Part shown: one piece after another, positions 18,420 to 28,818 of the stretch
Numbering within the stretch: position 1 is the stretch's first letter
Layout: each line of letters starts with the position of its first letter
Origin: Nitrosopumilus sp.
GTDB taxonomy: Archaea; Thermoproteota; Nitrososphaeria; Nitrososphaerales; Nitrosopumilaceae
Length of the DNA: 64,000 bases
NCBI GenBank assembly: GCA_965219345.1
Contig: OZ244732.1
Span: forward strand, 1,056,001-1,120,000
Direction of reading: 5' to 3'
Notes under the pieces: generated by a model
Told to the model about the DNA's origin: nothing
Databases searched by the model: none
Seen by the model: the letters and a program-made list of their open reading frames with translations, nothing else
Made by a program: the position numbers and the translations under genes

Positions 18420-19746
18420 ACTTTTTTCTCTTTTTATTTCTTGAATCTGATCTTTGTTTATAATTTCTATCATCTCTTCTTCCACCTCTATCATCTCTTC
18501 TTCCACCTCTATCATCTCTTCTTCCACCTCTATCATCTCTTCTTCCACCTCTATCATCTCTTCTTCCACCTCTATCATCGCCTCTTCTACCATCTCTCCA
18601 GAATGACTGAGGTTTTCTGAGATCTTTTTCAGTTGGATTTTCGTATTTCTTGCCTATCTCACCAACCCTTACATTGAGTTTTTCAAGTAAAGTCTCATTC
18701 AGTCCCTCTCCATAAACATCAACTCTTGCTGCAATTACCGCCTTTGCAGCAACTGCACGTGCAATTTTACCTCTTTGCCATCTTGGAGCAGAATGAACCA
18801 TTGCATGTTGGAATAACAATCCATGCTTTGGTGGTTGAGACCCTGTCTTTAATGATCTAAACAATGCTTTTTCAGCTCCTAAAACTTGTATTGTACTGGC
18901 AGGAAGTGATGCCATTTTTTTGAGACTTCCAGCTCGTCCTAAAAGTCTTGCACCAACCGCAGTTCCAAGAATTGCTGAAAGATTCGGTGCAATTGATGTC
19001 ATTTCAGATTCAACATGTTCTTCTAGTTTTTTACGTAAATCATGAAAGTCTAGAATTTGTTTTGCAATTGATTGTACTATTGCCAAATTAACATCGGAGA
19101 TATCCCCTCCCCTGCTTTTTGATGAAATTAAAAATAACATCTCAACTTTAGAATCTGGGAATCCCGCATCTTCAAAAACTTGTTTTGATAATGATTCACG
19201 TTTTCCAGCGATTACAATTTGTGCATATCCATTGATACTGTCAATAATATTATCCAATTCTGGAAAATGTAATCCATACCACTCTCTTAATCTTGAACTT
19301 AGAGCATTTGCAATTTTATCAATTTCATCTAGTGAATTAATTGCCTGAATAATATGAAGATCTGGACTTTCTGAAACTTCGGTAACTATTGATGATGATA
19401 ATCCTAAAGCAAACTCTCTAAGTTTTCCTAATGCATCTTGAGGGTTTGAAGCAAAACCTGAATCAACAATTATTTGTGGTTTTGACGATTGAACAATCTC
19501 TAATTTTGAATCATCCATTATTTGACAATCAATATTATTTTTCTTCAAAATTGCTAGAAGAGATTCATCACTAACTACAAATCCTCTTTGAACTGAAAAT
19601 AGATAATTAATCAGCTCATTTAGTTTTGCTTCCTTACTTTTTACTGCAAGATATTCTTTAACATTATTTGAGAATGAAAATGCTCTTTCAAGTTTTCCTT
19701 CATTGAAAACCGATATTCCCAATTCTGTTAAAATCACAGAATACAT
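18406..19746 (-). CDS. nop5: Nop5/Nop56 box C/D RNP protein with RGG-like C-terminal tail
   Basis: LREWYGLHFPEL, APNL, IQVLGAEKALF and PKHG motifs. Confidence 0.95.
   Translation of the reverse strand: MYSVILTELGISVFNEGKLERAFSFSNNVKEYLAVKSKEAKLNELINYLFSVQRGFVVSDESLLAILKKNNIDCQIMDDSKLEIVQSSKPQIIVDSGFASNPQDALGKLREFALGLSSSIVTEVSESPDLHIIQAINSLDEIDKIANALSSRLREWYGLHFPELDNIIDSINGYAQIVIAGKRESLSKQVFEDAGFPDSKVEMLFLISSKSRGGDISDVNLAIVQSIAKQILDFHDLRKKLEEHVESEMTSIAPNLSAILGTAVGARLLGRAGSLKKMASLPASTIQVLGAEKALFRSLKTGSQPPKHGLLFQHAMVHSAPRWQRGKIARAVAAKAVIAARVDVYGEGLNETLLEKLNVRVGEIGKKYENPTEKDLRKPQSFWRDGRRGDDRGGRRDDRGGRRDDRGGRRDDRGGRRDDRGGRRDDRNYKQRSDSRNKKRKKFGRR
18466..18591 (-). repeat. Coding tandem repeat, 21 bp x 5 perfect plus 1 imperfect (GGRRDDR)
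   Basis: TCTATCATCTCTTCTTCCACC at 18466, 18487, 18508, 18529 and 18550. Confidence 0.95.
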
Positions 19747-19831
19747 GACTAGTTCAGTCTAAATCACCTTTAAAAAACGTACCAGAATTACGAATCAACT
19801 GTTATATTCGAAACTAGGTTCATTAATCAAA

Positions 19832-20743
19832 GTGGAACCCAGTCTTGCAACTTCAATAGGTCAAATTCAATTAGACAGACCTGTAATGTTGGCATCAGGA
19901 ATACTGGGAATCTCACTGGATGTGTTTAATCGGTTATATCGCTCTGGAGCAGGAGCTGTAGTGACTAAATCACTTAGTAAGGAACCATGGGAAGGATATC
20001 CAAATCCAACTATATTTAGTGTAAAAGGTGACGGTTGGATAAATGCTGTAGGCCTTTCAAATCCTGGAGCCGAAAATTTTGCTAAAATGATTCAACCCAA
20101 CCAGGATGTTCCAATAATAGTGAGTTTAGTGGGTTCAATTCCTGAAGACTTTGAGATGATGATAAAAGAATTTGAAAACTGCAAAGTTTCAGCATATGAA
20201 CTGAATCTGTCATGTCCTCATGTAGCCAAAGTTGGTTTAGAAGTAGGAGATGATCCTGAATTGGTAAAGAAAATTGTAACTACTGTTAAAAATACTACAA
20301 ATATTCCAGTCATTGCTAAAGTTGGTTTAGGTACCACTCATTATCTAAAAACTGTAAGCACAGCAATAGATTCTGGAATTGATGCCATTACCGCAATCAA
20401 TACTGTTCGTGCAATGGCAATTGATGTTGAAACCCAACGACCAATACTTAGTAACAAATTTGGTGGATTGTCTGGTAGTCCAATTAAACCAATTGCATTA
20501 AGATGTGTTTACGAAATTTCTTCAAAATATGACATTCCAATAATTGGATGTGGCGGTATATCTACTTGGGAGGATGCCATTGAATTTTTCTTGGCAGGAT
20601 CTTCTGCAATTCAACTTGGTAGTGCAGTTGGTGATAATTGGGTTGGCATCTTTGATGAAATCAACAAAGGAATATTACAATATATGAAGCGAAAAGGCTA
20701 TTCTAAAATAGAGGATATGGTGGGCCTTGCAAAGAAATCATAA
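19832..20743 (+). CDS. pyrD: Dihydroorotate dehydrogenase, catalytic subunit (family 1B)
   Basis: INAVGLSNPG, ELNLSCPH, GGLSG and IIGCGGI motifs. Confidence 0.95.
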   Translation: MEPSLATSIGQIQLDRPVMLASGILGISLDVFNRLYRSGAGAVVTKSLSKEPWEGYPNPTIFSVKGDGWINAVGLSNPGAENFAKMIQPNQDVPIIVSLVGSIPEDFEMMIKEFENCKVSAYELNLSCPHVAKVGLEVGDDPELVKKIVTTVKNTTNIPVIAKVGLGTTHYLKTVSTAIDSGIDAITAINTVRAMAIDVETQRPILSNKFGGLSGSPIKPIALRCVYEISSKYDIPIIGCGGISTWEDAIEFFLAGSSAIQLGSAVGDNWVGIFDEINKGILQYMKRKGYSKIEDMVGLAKKS

Positions 20744-21539
20744 TCATCCAACAATTGTAACAATTGAAAAAGTAATTGATGAAACACCAACTGTTAGAAC
20801 TTTAGTTTTCTCAGATGAAGTAATGTCAAATGTTCTTCCTGGACAATTTGCAATGGTTTGGATTCCTGGAATAAATGAATTGCCAATGAGTGTAATGATT
20901 TCAAAAGAATCTGGAAAGGCTGCATTTACCGTAAGAAAACATGGACTTGCTTCTACTGGATTATTTAATGTTACAGTTGGAGAACAAATTGGACTTCGCG
21001 GTCCATATGGAAACTCTTTTGATCTTAAAGAAGGAAAACTTTTGCTAGTTGGCGGCGGAACTGGCCTTGTTCCTATGATGCGATTACTCACTTTTGTAAA
21101 ATCTACAGATGATGTCACGATTCTAATTGGTGCCAAAACAAAAGATGAGGTCTTCTTTGAAGATTTAGCCAACTGTCTTTTGGAAAATAATCCTCATCGA
21201 GTAATTGTTTCAACTGATGATGGAAGTTATGGAGAAAAAGGTTTTGTAACTGATTTGGTTGAAAAACTTGTCAGTGAAACCCACTTTGATGCAGTGTATG
21301 TATGTGGTCCTGAAATTATGATGTACAAAACAGTACAATCTGCTCATTCTAGGGGAATGTTTGTTCAAGCCAGTCTTGAGCGGATGATGAAATGTGGAGT
21401 TGGAATTTGTGGTAGTTGCTGTATTGGTGAGGATCTTGTTTGCAGGGATGGAACCGTATTTGATGGACAACATCTTTCCTCAAACGACGAATTTGGCCAT
21501 TTTCATAGGAATAAAGCCGGAGTTTTGGAAAATTATTAG
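20727..21539 (+). CDS. pyrK: Dihydroorotate dehydrogenase electron transfer subunit
   Basis: GPYGN, GGGTG, STDDGS, CGPE and MKCGVGICGSC [2Fe-2S] motif. Confidence 0.95.
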   Translation: MQRNHNHPTIVTIEKVIDETPTVRTLVFSDEVMSNVLPGQFAMVWIPGINELPMSVMISKESGKAAFTVRKHGLASTGLFNVTVGEQIGLRGPYGNSFDLKEGKLLLVGGGTGLVPMMRLLTFVKSTDDVTILIGAKTKDEVFFEDLANCLLENNPHRVIVSTDDGSYGEKGFVTDLVEKLVSETHFDAVYVCGPEIMMYKTVQSAHSRGMFVQASLERMMKCGVGICGSCCIGEDLVCRDGTVFDGQHLSSNDEFGHFHRNKAGVLENY

Positions 21540-21580
21540 TTCAACTAGCAAAGTTTAAACTAAATCATAAAATTAATCCC

Positions 21581-23314
21581 ATGAAGGCAATGGGAACTCC
21601 AAAAATCGTTTTAACTGCTGATCGTACTCTAATGTCCCCATATAGAGGCTTATCTCTGGCTACATTTTTTGGATGTGCACCAGCTCTTGATCCTCATAGA
21701 AAAAAAAATAGCTTTTGGTATAAGATTCTTGGAAACCAAGTTACCCCAAAAATTCTATTTGATTTTATTTGTAACTATATTCCTCACACAAACGGTGTTG
21801 CAAATTATGCGCCATATGGATTAAGAAAATTAGAGGCTGGATTATTGCGAGATGGATTTAGTAGACAAGACGTTGTAGTTGCCCATCCTGATCATATTGA
21901 GCAATTCATTGGACCTGATACAGAAGTTATTGGAACTTATGAAATGGATCCTCTTGGAATGGGTCCAGTAACCATGACGTTTACTTATGGTAGAAAACAG
22001 ACTTCTTATGATGAATTTTACAATACTGAATTACATCATAGAATTAAAGCTGCAAAGGCAAAAACTGGAAGTAAAGCCAAAGTAATCTCTGGTGCATCTG
22101 GAACCTGGCAATATAATTATGATCCTGCAAAAATTGAAGAATTTGGAATCTATGCCATATTAGAAGGTGAGCTTGGTGGAATTGCACCTGAAATTGATGG
22201 ACATGCTGGAAGATTCTTCAACTATTTGATTAACGGTGACTTTGAAAACATGGATCCTTTCAGAAAGAGAAGTGACTTTAAAGTTAACATTAAGGAATTT
22301 GAAAGAGAAGGTAAAAAAATTCACGGACGATTTGTTAATTTCTGGGATAGACCAGACGTGGAAGAAATTCCTGATATTGTTGAACCAAGTATGCATGGAA
22401 TGGTTGAAGTAATGCGTGGATGTGGCAGAGGTTGTAAATTTTGTGATGTTACATTAAGATCCTTGAGATATTACCCGCCAGAAAAAGTTGTAAAAGAAAT
22501 TGAGGTTAACATGAGGAAAGGTGGTTCTAAATCTGCATGGATTCACAGTGACGATATTTTTGTTTATGGAATGGATCCACGAACCGCTAAGGGGATGGAA
22601 CCAAACCGAGAAGCGCTTGAAGAATTATTTACCGCAATCATGTCTACTGGCGTAGAACACACAAATCCTACGCATGGAACATTGGCAGGTGCAATAGCTG
22701 ATGAAAAACTTCTTCCAAACCTCTCAAAAATTATGAAAGCTGGTCCTGATAACTTGATTGGTGTACAAGCTGGATTTGAGACTGGAAGTTTAAGATTAAT
22801 TGAAAAATATGCAGATAGAAAACTTGCACCTTATAGGCCAGATGAATGGCATTGGGTTGTTAAAGAAGGTGTTAAAGCAATGAATGAAAATTATTGGATT
22901 CCTGCATTTACACTCATTATGGGTCTTGATAATGATGAAACTCCTGAAGATTCATGGGATACTATTCGTTTAATCACTGAGTTAGAACATGAACAACCAG
23001 ATGCAATGTTTACTGCTACTGCATTAACATTTGTTCCAATTGGGTTACTAGAACAATCTGAATTCTTTAACATTGGAAATGAGATGACTCCTGCACAACT
23101 AGGTGTTCTATACAAAACATGGCAACACAACTTCAAATACGGTATTAAAAAATTCATGACTAAGACTGGCTCAAAAGGCCCTCAAAGGTATGTCTTTAAC
23201 GCACTTGCAAGGTCTCTTGGCGGTGTTCCACTTGGTGCAATGGAAAAATATGCACGAAGAAAGAGCAAGGAACACGAAAAAGTACTTGAGACTATTAAAA
23301 ACAAGTACTGGTAG
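21581..23314 (+). CDS. B12-binding-type radical SAM protein, putative GDGT ring synthase (Grs-like) family
   Basis: RGCGRGCKFC CxxxCxxC; N-terminal IVLTADRTLMS and APYGLRKLEA. Radical SAM call is firm; Grs assignment is tentative. Confidence 0.7.
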   Translation: MKAMGTPKIVLTADRTLMSPYRGLSLATFFGCAPALDPHRKKNSFWYKILGNQVTPKILFDFICNYIPHTNGVANYAPYGLRKLEAGLLRDGFSRQDVVVAHPDHIEQFIGPDTEVIGTYEMDPLGMGPVTMTFTYGRKQTSYDEFYNTELHHRIKAAKAKTGSKAKVISGASGTWQYNYDPAKIEEFGIYAILEGELGGIAPEIDGHAGRFFNYLINGDFENMDPFRKRSDFKVNIKEFEREGKKIHGRFVNFWDRPDVEEIPDIVEPSMHGMVEVMRGCGRGCKFCDVTLRSLRYYPPEKVVKEIEVNMRKGGSKSAWIHSDDIFVYGMDPRTAKGMEPNREALEELFTAIMSTGVEHTNPTHGTLAGAIADEKLLPNLSKIMKAGPDNLIGVQAGFETGSLRLIEKYADRKLAPYRPDEWHWVVKEGVKAMNENYWIPAFTLIMGLDNDETPEDSWDTIRLITELEHEQPDAMFTATALTFVPIGLLEQSEFFNIGNEMTPAQLGVLYKTWQHNFKYGIKKFMTKTGSKGPQRYVFNALARSLGGVPLGAMEKYARRKSKEHEKVLETIKNKYW

Positions 23315-23354
23315 TCATACAAATACATAAATTTACTAATTTGTATTTATTTTC

Positions 23355-23537
23355 ATGGCAACTCACGGTTCGATTACCAAAGCAGGCAAAGTAAGAGGAC
23401 AAACTCCAAAGATAGAAGGAAGAAAGATTATAGGTACAAGTTCTAGTGTTGGAAACAAAAGTAACTTCAAAAAACGATTTGTTCTTGGTCGATATCCTGG
23501 ACAGAACAAACCAGGCCAAAGAAGAAAGAGACGATAG
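23355..23537 (+). CDS. rps30e: 30S ribosomal protein S30e
   Basis: HGSITKAGKVRGQTPK motif. Confidence 0.95.
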   Translation: MATHGSITKAGKVRGQTPKIEGRKIIGTSSSVGNKSNFKKRFVLGRYPGQNKPGQRRKRR

Positions 23538-23666
23538 TCTATTTTTACTAAAATTTTATCATTCTACGATCATTTTCTAAAACAGGTTCTGTAAAGTCTG
23601 GGGTTGTTTTTTTTCTGTAAAGATCGGTTGTTTTCCATCATCATCTTTGCAGATAGTTGAATAATG

Positions 23667-25307
23667 TTACTTTTTTGATATTTTTGCATGATTGGGATCC
23701 AGATCTTTCCAAATAACATCATAACCCATTTTTGATAGTAAATCAGCATGACATGAATCAGGGATCCTCTGTGATGCCAATATCTTACAGGCATCTACAA
23801 ACTTAGAAACCTCATCAAGGCTATCTTCTATTGCATTAATTTTCTTTTTTGAAATCAAATATCCTCCTGCTGTAACATAATCCTCAGGATAATCCGCAAG
23901 AAGAATCTTTAATGCTGCTGCCTCTGGAAGAGAATTTTCAAGGGCAACCTGCTTTATAGAAATTAAATCAAGATTTTTTTCATCCAGTTTTATTTTGGTA
24001 TGAATCTTTTCTTCAATTATTTCGGCATCAATTTTTTTTAAATGTTCTAAAATAGGCTTGATTGAAACGTCTTTGTGAAAAGTAAAAATTCTATCTTTGG
24101 AAATTGTTTCCATTTGTGAACATGCCAATTCAGAATTTACTGCTACCAACAGATCAACATTTTTGTTGTTACTGTCAAATAACACCTTCAGCTTAGCAGT
24201 TTTTCTTTCAAGATATTCTCTTGTCCAAAATCCCACAATTTCAAAATACACTTTTCTCCCAAATCTTTCAAAAAGAAAATCAGGAATCATGGCTTTGCCA
24301 TCTGCAATTAATGGGTCAGGTTCCCTGGAAATTTTCCATCCAAACTTGTCATTCTGATCAAAGTGTTGATGGAATCTCTTTGCAAATGCGGCTTCCGTAG
24401 AACTGTCATAAACATAATCATCATCATTTTGATATGAGGAATCTATTACTGAGCGAAGAAATTCCTTGGTGCTTTCATTTGATAATTCAAATGAATAGAT
24501 TTTTTGTCCATCGTCTGTCCTTTTTACTATAGAACCATTGATTTTCCAGGTTGGCGTGCCTACAATTGATGGTAGTAATTTGGCCATTGATGTGCCGTAT
24601 CTATCAGTCATTTTGAATAGACTAAGGGGTCCTTCTAGAACACACTTGATGGAATCTTCTTCGTTGGAGTTATCTTCTGCATGATATTCCAAATTATACA
24701 TCAGACCATATTTTTTGACGTTACGCAAAACTTGCTTCCAATATAGTCCATCTTTTACATAAAATTCCAGTTTCGTACATTTGAAAAGGAGTGTCTGAAA
24801 CAATGAAAGATTATACCACAAAATTAGATCCTTAGGATTGATAACATCAAATTGTGTCAATATTAGATTTTCATCTTTATCGCTCCACATTATGGTTTCA
24901 GTATTCCCTGATGAAATATGCATCTGATGTGCAATTTTCTGTATGATATCTTGTCTCTGAGAATCAGACAAGGCCAAACCTTGCTTTGATGATTCTTCAA
25001 ACAATTTTTGTCTTATCAGCATGGGAGTTGCATTGGATGATGATGTGTTTAGTCGCCCAAAAATAGAACGCCGCTCTAACAATGCAAAAAATCCACGTAC
25101 TAGCTTGTAATCATATTCAGATTCAAGTGTTCCTATTTTTTGGAGCAAATCTCCTTTACATTGTCTATTTTTTTGCGCATTTGTAAAAAATACAATGAGT
25201 TTGTTTGCAAGCTCATAATCAGTACTATTGCCAAAATCAACAGTACAAAATAATGGTGTTATCCTGCCTCTGCTAATCTTGGTACGCAATAGTTCGGATG
25301 AAAGCAT
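23667..25307 (-). CDS. bax1: DUF790 / Bax1 endonuclease (XPB partner)
   Basis: YNLSLFQTLLF, GPLSLF...RYG, YDSSTE and PDF...YFEIVGFWTREYL motifs. Confidence 0.88.
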   Translation of the reverse strand: MLSSELLRTKISRGRITPLFCTVDFGNSTDYELANKLIVFFTNAQKNRQCKGDLLQKIGTLESEYDYKLVRGFFALLERRSIFGRLNTSSSNATPMLIRQKLFEESSKQGLALSDSQRQDIIQKIAHQMHISSGNTETIMWSDKDENLILTQFDVINPKDLILWYNLSLFQTLLFKCTKLEFYVKDGLYWKQVLRNVKKYGLMYNLEYHAEDNSNEEDSIKCVLEGPLSLFKMTDRYGTSMAKLLPSIVGTPTWKINGSIVKRTDDGQKIYSFELSNESTKEFLRSVIDSSYQNDDDYVYDSSTEAAFAKRFHQHFDQNDKFGWKISREPDPLIADGKAMIPDFLFERFGRKVYFEIVGFWTREYLERKTAKLKVLFDSNNKNVDLLVAVNSELACSQMETISKDRIFTFHKDVSIKPILEHLKKIDAEIIEEKIHTKIKLDEKNLDLISIKQVALENSLPEAAALKILLADYPEDYVTAGGYLISKKKINAIEDSLDEVSKFVDACKILASQRIPDSCHADLLSKMGYDVIWKDLDPNHAKISKK

Positions 25308-25355
25308 CAGAATCCAGTTCCAATTGTTTTTGTCATTTTGTCATACAGCATATCA

Positions 25356-26801
25356 TTATACTCCATAAGATGATGAATCATTATTGTTAGTCCCAGAATT
25401 TTTTCTCAGGGAAGTTATTCTTTTTGCACTGGTGTTTGTTTCTCGTGTATGTTTTGATACCAGTTCAACCAGCCGGGCCTTTCTACCATCTTGTTTTGGT
25501 CTTAGAATTCTACCTAATCTTTGAATTAACTCTCGTCCACTGCCAGTCCCGCTCATAATTATGCCCAATTCTGCATCAGGAACGTCTACTCCCTCGTCTA
25601 ATACTCGTGAAGTGACTACTGCATTATATCTGCCGGATTTGAATCCCTCCAAAACATCTCGTCTTTCGTCTTTTATTGTTTTATAGGTGATGTATGGAAT
25701 CAAAAATCTGTTGGAAAGTTCATAGACCATCTTGTTATTCTGGGTAAAAATTATTGTCTTGATATTCTTGTTTTCTTGTAATATTTTTTGCAATTCCTTT
25801 ATTTTTGACTGGCTGTTTAGTGCAATTTCATTTGCTTTGTTTCTTGCAAGCATAGCCTCTCGTGCAATCTTATTTCTGTTTGACATCATAATTAATCGTT
25901 TGAGATTGTACATTGATGGAATTTGGAATCCTAATTGTCTGAAATTCGTTAGAAATTTTGTGTGATTAGCTTCATATTCTTCTTGCTCTTTTGAAGTAAG
26001 ATTGACTTGTATTCGGTCAATGGTGTACTCTGCCAGATGTTTTTGATCTGATAGTTCTTGTGAGCCAAGACGAAATACAACTCCTCCAGTAAGATATGGG
26101 ATTAACTCATGTAGTCCATCCTCTCTTTCTATTGTTGCGGTTAGACCTAATCTGTATGGGGCAATAAACTGCTCTGCAATTGAGCGATATCCAAGAGCTG
26201 GAAGATGATGAACTTCATCGAAGATAATCAATTTGAATTGATTTCCAATTGAGGATGCTCTAAGATATGCAGAGTCATATGTTGTTATGGTGATTGCTTG
26301 TAGATCCTCTTCTCCACCACCCAATTTTCCAACAGAAATATTTTGATGACTTTGATTATTACTTGTGAGATACTTGGAGATGTTATTTCCCCATTGTTCC
26401 ATCAAGTCAATTGTTGGAACTACTACCAACGTAGACGCATTGACTGTCTGAATTGCCTTGATTCCTATGGCAGTTTTTCCGGCACCAGTAGGCAGAATAA
26501 CGCATCCTCTCATGGACGATTTTTCCCAATTTTGTATAGCTTGCTGCTGGTAGTCACGTAATTCTAAATACTTCATTTGAAATATCGGTGAAGGAATAAA
26601 ATCAGGTACGCTATCTGTAAAATCTAAATCACTTTTTTTCAGATATTCAATAATCTCTTGATAATGAAGACCATAAGATCTAAGAGACTTAGTCCTATCA
26701 TCATATTTTGTATTTGGAATTCGAATTAGTTTGCTATTCTCAATACGGATGGAACCTTTCTCAAAGAACAGTTTAGGGTTTGATGATGAATTAGATGACA
26801 A
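25356..26801 (-). CDS. xpb: XPB/Rad25-like SF2 helicase
   Basis: LRDYQ, PTGAGKT, DEVHH, GLTATIEREDG (RED motif) and QRLGRILR. Confidence 0.9.
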   Translation of the reverse strand: MSSNSSSNPKLFFEKGSIRIENSKLIRIPNTKYDDRTKSLRSYGLHYQEIIEYLKKSDLDFTDSVPDFIPSPIFQMKYLELRDYQQQAIQNWEKSSMRGCVILPTGAGKTAIGIKAIQTVNASTLVVVPTIDLMEQWGNNISKYLTSNNQSHQNISVGKLGGGEEDLQAITITTYDSAYLRASSIGNQFKLIIFDEVHHLPALGYRSIAEQFIAPYRLGLTATIEREDGLHELIPYLTGGVVFRLGSQELSDQKHLAEYTIDRIQVNLTSKEQEEYEANHTKFLTNFRQLGFQIPSMYNLKRLIMMSNRNKIAREAMLARNKANEIALNSQSKIKELQKILQENKNIKTIIFTQNNKMVYELSNRFLIPYITYKTIKDERRDVLEGFKSGRYNAVVTSRVLDEGVDVPDAELGIIMSGTGSGRELIQRLGRILRPKQDGRKARLVELVSKHTRETNTSAKRITSLRKNSGTNNNDSSSYGV

Positions 26802-27079
26802 ATCTACTTCTTTGTATTAATATCACTATAATCATTTTTTGATCATTGATTATATTGTACTAGTCAACAAAAATTAAACTTCATTTGAATATCTTAATTT
26901 ATTCCGGACAATTAATCTGTTTTTTAGGGTAAAGAATTAGATTTTTGGTTCTGTCTAATAATCGACAGGTGAAAATATGAATTTTCTCCAGATTAATTTT
27001 CGTGCCTATTCAGAATCCTTCTTTAATGAGGCATTTTGATTCAACAACCACACTAGACACATTCATCTTGATCCATATT

Positions 27080-27345
27080 TTATGTCCATATCACTATTCT
27101 TAGACAGAATCTTTTTTACTGATGTGTCGATCTCTATCCATTGTGTAGGTGATGGTGAAGTTCTAAAATATTTGGCCTGCCAACCCCATTCTGAATCATC
27201 GGGCAATTGTCAAAAACACTCCACTCCACCATCTAGAGTTCCTTTTCTAACAAATTTTGAATTATCCGGAACTGTTTCATATCTTGCTAACTGACAACAA
27301 AGTTCTTCAAAAAATTGTTTCTAGACCTTGCTTCTGAATCAGTTA
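27080..27345 (-). pseudogene. Remnant of the N-terminal PD-(D/E)xK nuclease domain typical of large STAND/NACHT defence ATPases
   Basis: Minus strand reads FFEELCCQLARYE...RKGTLDGGVECF*QLPDDSEWGWQAKYF...QWIEIDTSVKK; TGA at 27210-27212 and further stops upstream. Confidence 0.6.
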
Positions 27346-27410
27346 ATAATTTTGTCGATTAAAAAAATTTTTAATCAAACGCTATTAATCAATCGTCTTT
27401 AAAAATTCCA

Positions 27411-28067
27411 ATGCCTACAAAATCGACAAAAACGATATTGATTGCTTCGGTAATGGCCGTGGTTGCAATGTCAGCAATCACATCCTTGCCAGCAGAAGGA
27501 AATACGGAAATCACCAGACAAGTGACAGATGAGGAATTTCGCCAAACCCAAATCCACGTATTGGATCTAAGATCTGAATTAAACAGACTCGAGGCGCAAA
27601 GTGCCCAGGGTGCTGATACGTCCGCAGAAAAAAGAAGTGTGGACGCCCAAATAGCACAACTCATGCCAATACTGGGCAAGCATCAAGAGCAGCAGTTTGC
27701 AAAACATTACATCGAACCTGTAAGAAAGGCTCAACTTGAACAAACCGAATCGGGTCTTAGGAACAGTATCTCCGAACTTGGATTTGGCTCATATGCGGTA
27801 AACCTGAACACAGAAACAAAGACCATCGAGGTGATCACCAGTGACTCATCAAAAAATACACAGGTAAGAGAGTTGTTTGACAGCTATCCTTCAGACACTC
27901 CAATTGCCCTAGAAAACGGCGAATTCACTGTGATAGATAACGTCTGTAGTTCCCAAACCAGTGATTGTGACCCTATTGTGGGTGGCATAGAAGTTGAAGG
28001 TAGCTGTACACTCGGCCTCAGCATTCCTGCAAATCTTTTTAATGTGATTCGTGATCTTTGTTTATAA
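27411..28067 (+). pseudogene. Secreted S1 (chymotrypsin-like) protease precursor truncated at the start of the mature domain
   Basis: Signal peptide, pro-region, then CDPIVGG...CTLG and an abrupt end with no catalytic His/Asp/Ser motifs; GC-richer than flanks. Confidence 0.5.
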
Positions 28068-28768
28068 ATTTGACAGAACCCACCAACGGACACGGCAAGG
28101 AAGACAAGGTAGAGATTTTTTCCAACACCGATGAGAGAATCAAATACATTGGAAAGATACTAAATAGTGACTCCGGCATGGATATCTTGCATTTGTTAAG
28201 CAACGACGAAATGACGGCAAATGAGATTGCCAAAAAGGCACACATGTCTTTGCCACTTGTAATACATCACCTGAACAATATGTCTCAAGCAGGAATTGTC
28301 AACATTGCAAGAACTCGGCTAAATAGTAAAAACCAACCGATGAAATGTTACGCCGCTACCAAAACTGGGATTCTGATTCTGCCTGAGATGGCATCTAGAA
28401 AAGCAAAAGAAAGCAAATCCCTTTCCAACTCACTTCGAAGGATCATGCGATTTTCTGCTATTGGAGTGGCAGGTTTGATGTCGTGGATGTTAACAAAACC
28501 AAAACCCGACAGTGAAATGCCAACGCCGGTACCGCCATCTGAACCTGATAATGCTGTAATAGATAAAAGTGAAGACCCTACTTCAAGTCTAGTGCCAACA
28601 GATGAAAACGGAATAAAACAGTTTTTTGAATTTTTCTGGACCGGTTCTGGTAACACCGATGCATTGTTGGTACCGATAATTATCTCAGTTATGGTTGTCG
28701 CAATGGGGATAGGCCTGAACATTGTACTTTCCAGATTATTCAAGAAAAACCGTAGGGTGAAAATGTAG
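28058..28768 (+). CDS. Membrane-anchored ArsR-type HTH regulator
   Basis: DILHLL...MTANEIAKK...LVIHHLNNMSQAGIV, followed by two TM helices. Confidence 0.75.
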   Translation: MFINLTEPTNGHGKEDKVEIFSNTDERIKYIGKILNSDSGMDILHLLSNDEMTANEIAKKAHMSLPLVIHHLNNMSQAGIVNIARTRLNSKNQPMKCYAATKTGILILPEMASRKAKESKSLSNSLRRIMRFSAIGVAGLMSWMLTKPKPDSEMPTPVPPSEPDNAVIDKSEDPTSSLVPTDENGIKQFFEFFWTGSGNTDALLVPIIISVMVVAMGIGLNIVLSRLFKKNRRVKM

Positions 28769-28818
28769 GTATGGAGAGAACTTGTGTGTGTGAAAGTGGA
28801 AACCTGAGGTAATAATCA

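Noticed and set aside
18420-18593. Acidic EEEMIEV repeat as an N-terminal extension of fibrillarin
   Set aside because: It is the Nop5 GGRRDDR repeat read in another frame; a TTG start at 18419 gives a normal-length fibrillarin.
18406-19746. Nop-domain protein as part of an RNA-guided TIGR-Tas/IS110-like system
   Set aside because: Canonical Nop5 in an operon with fibrillarin; no guide array or nuclease domain nearby.
27082-27294. 70 aa plus-strand ORF
   Set aside because: Antisense shadow of the decayed nuclease gene on the minus strand.
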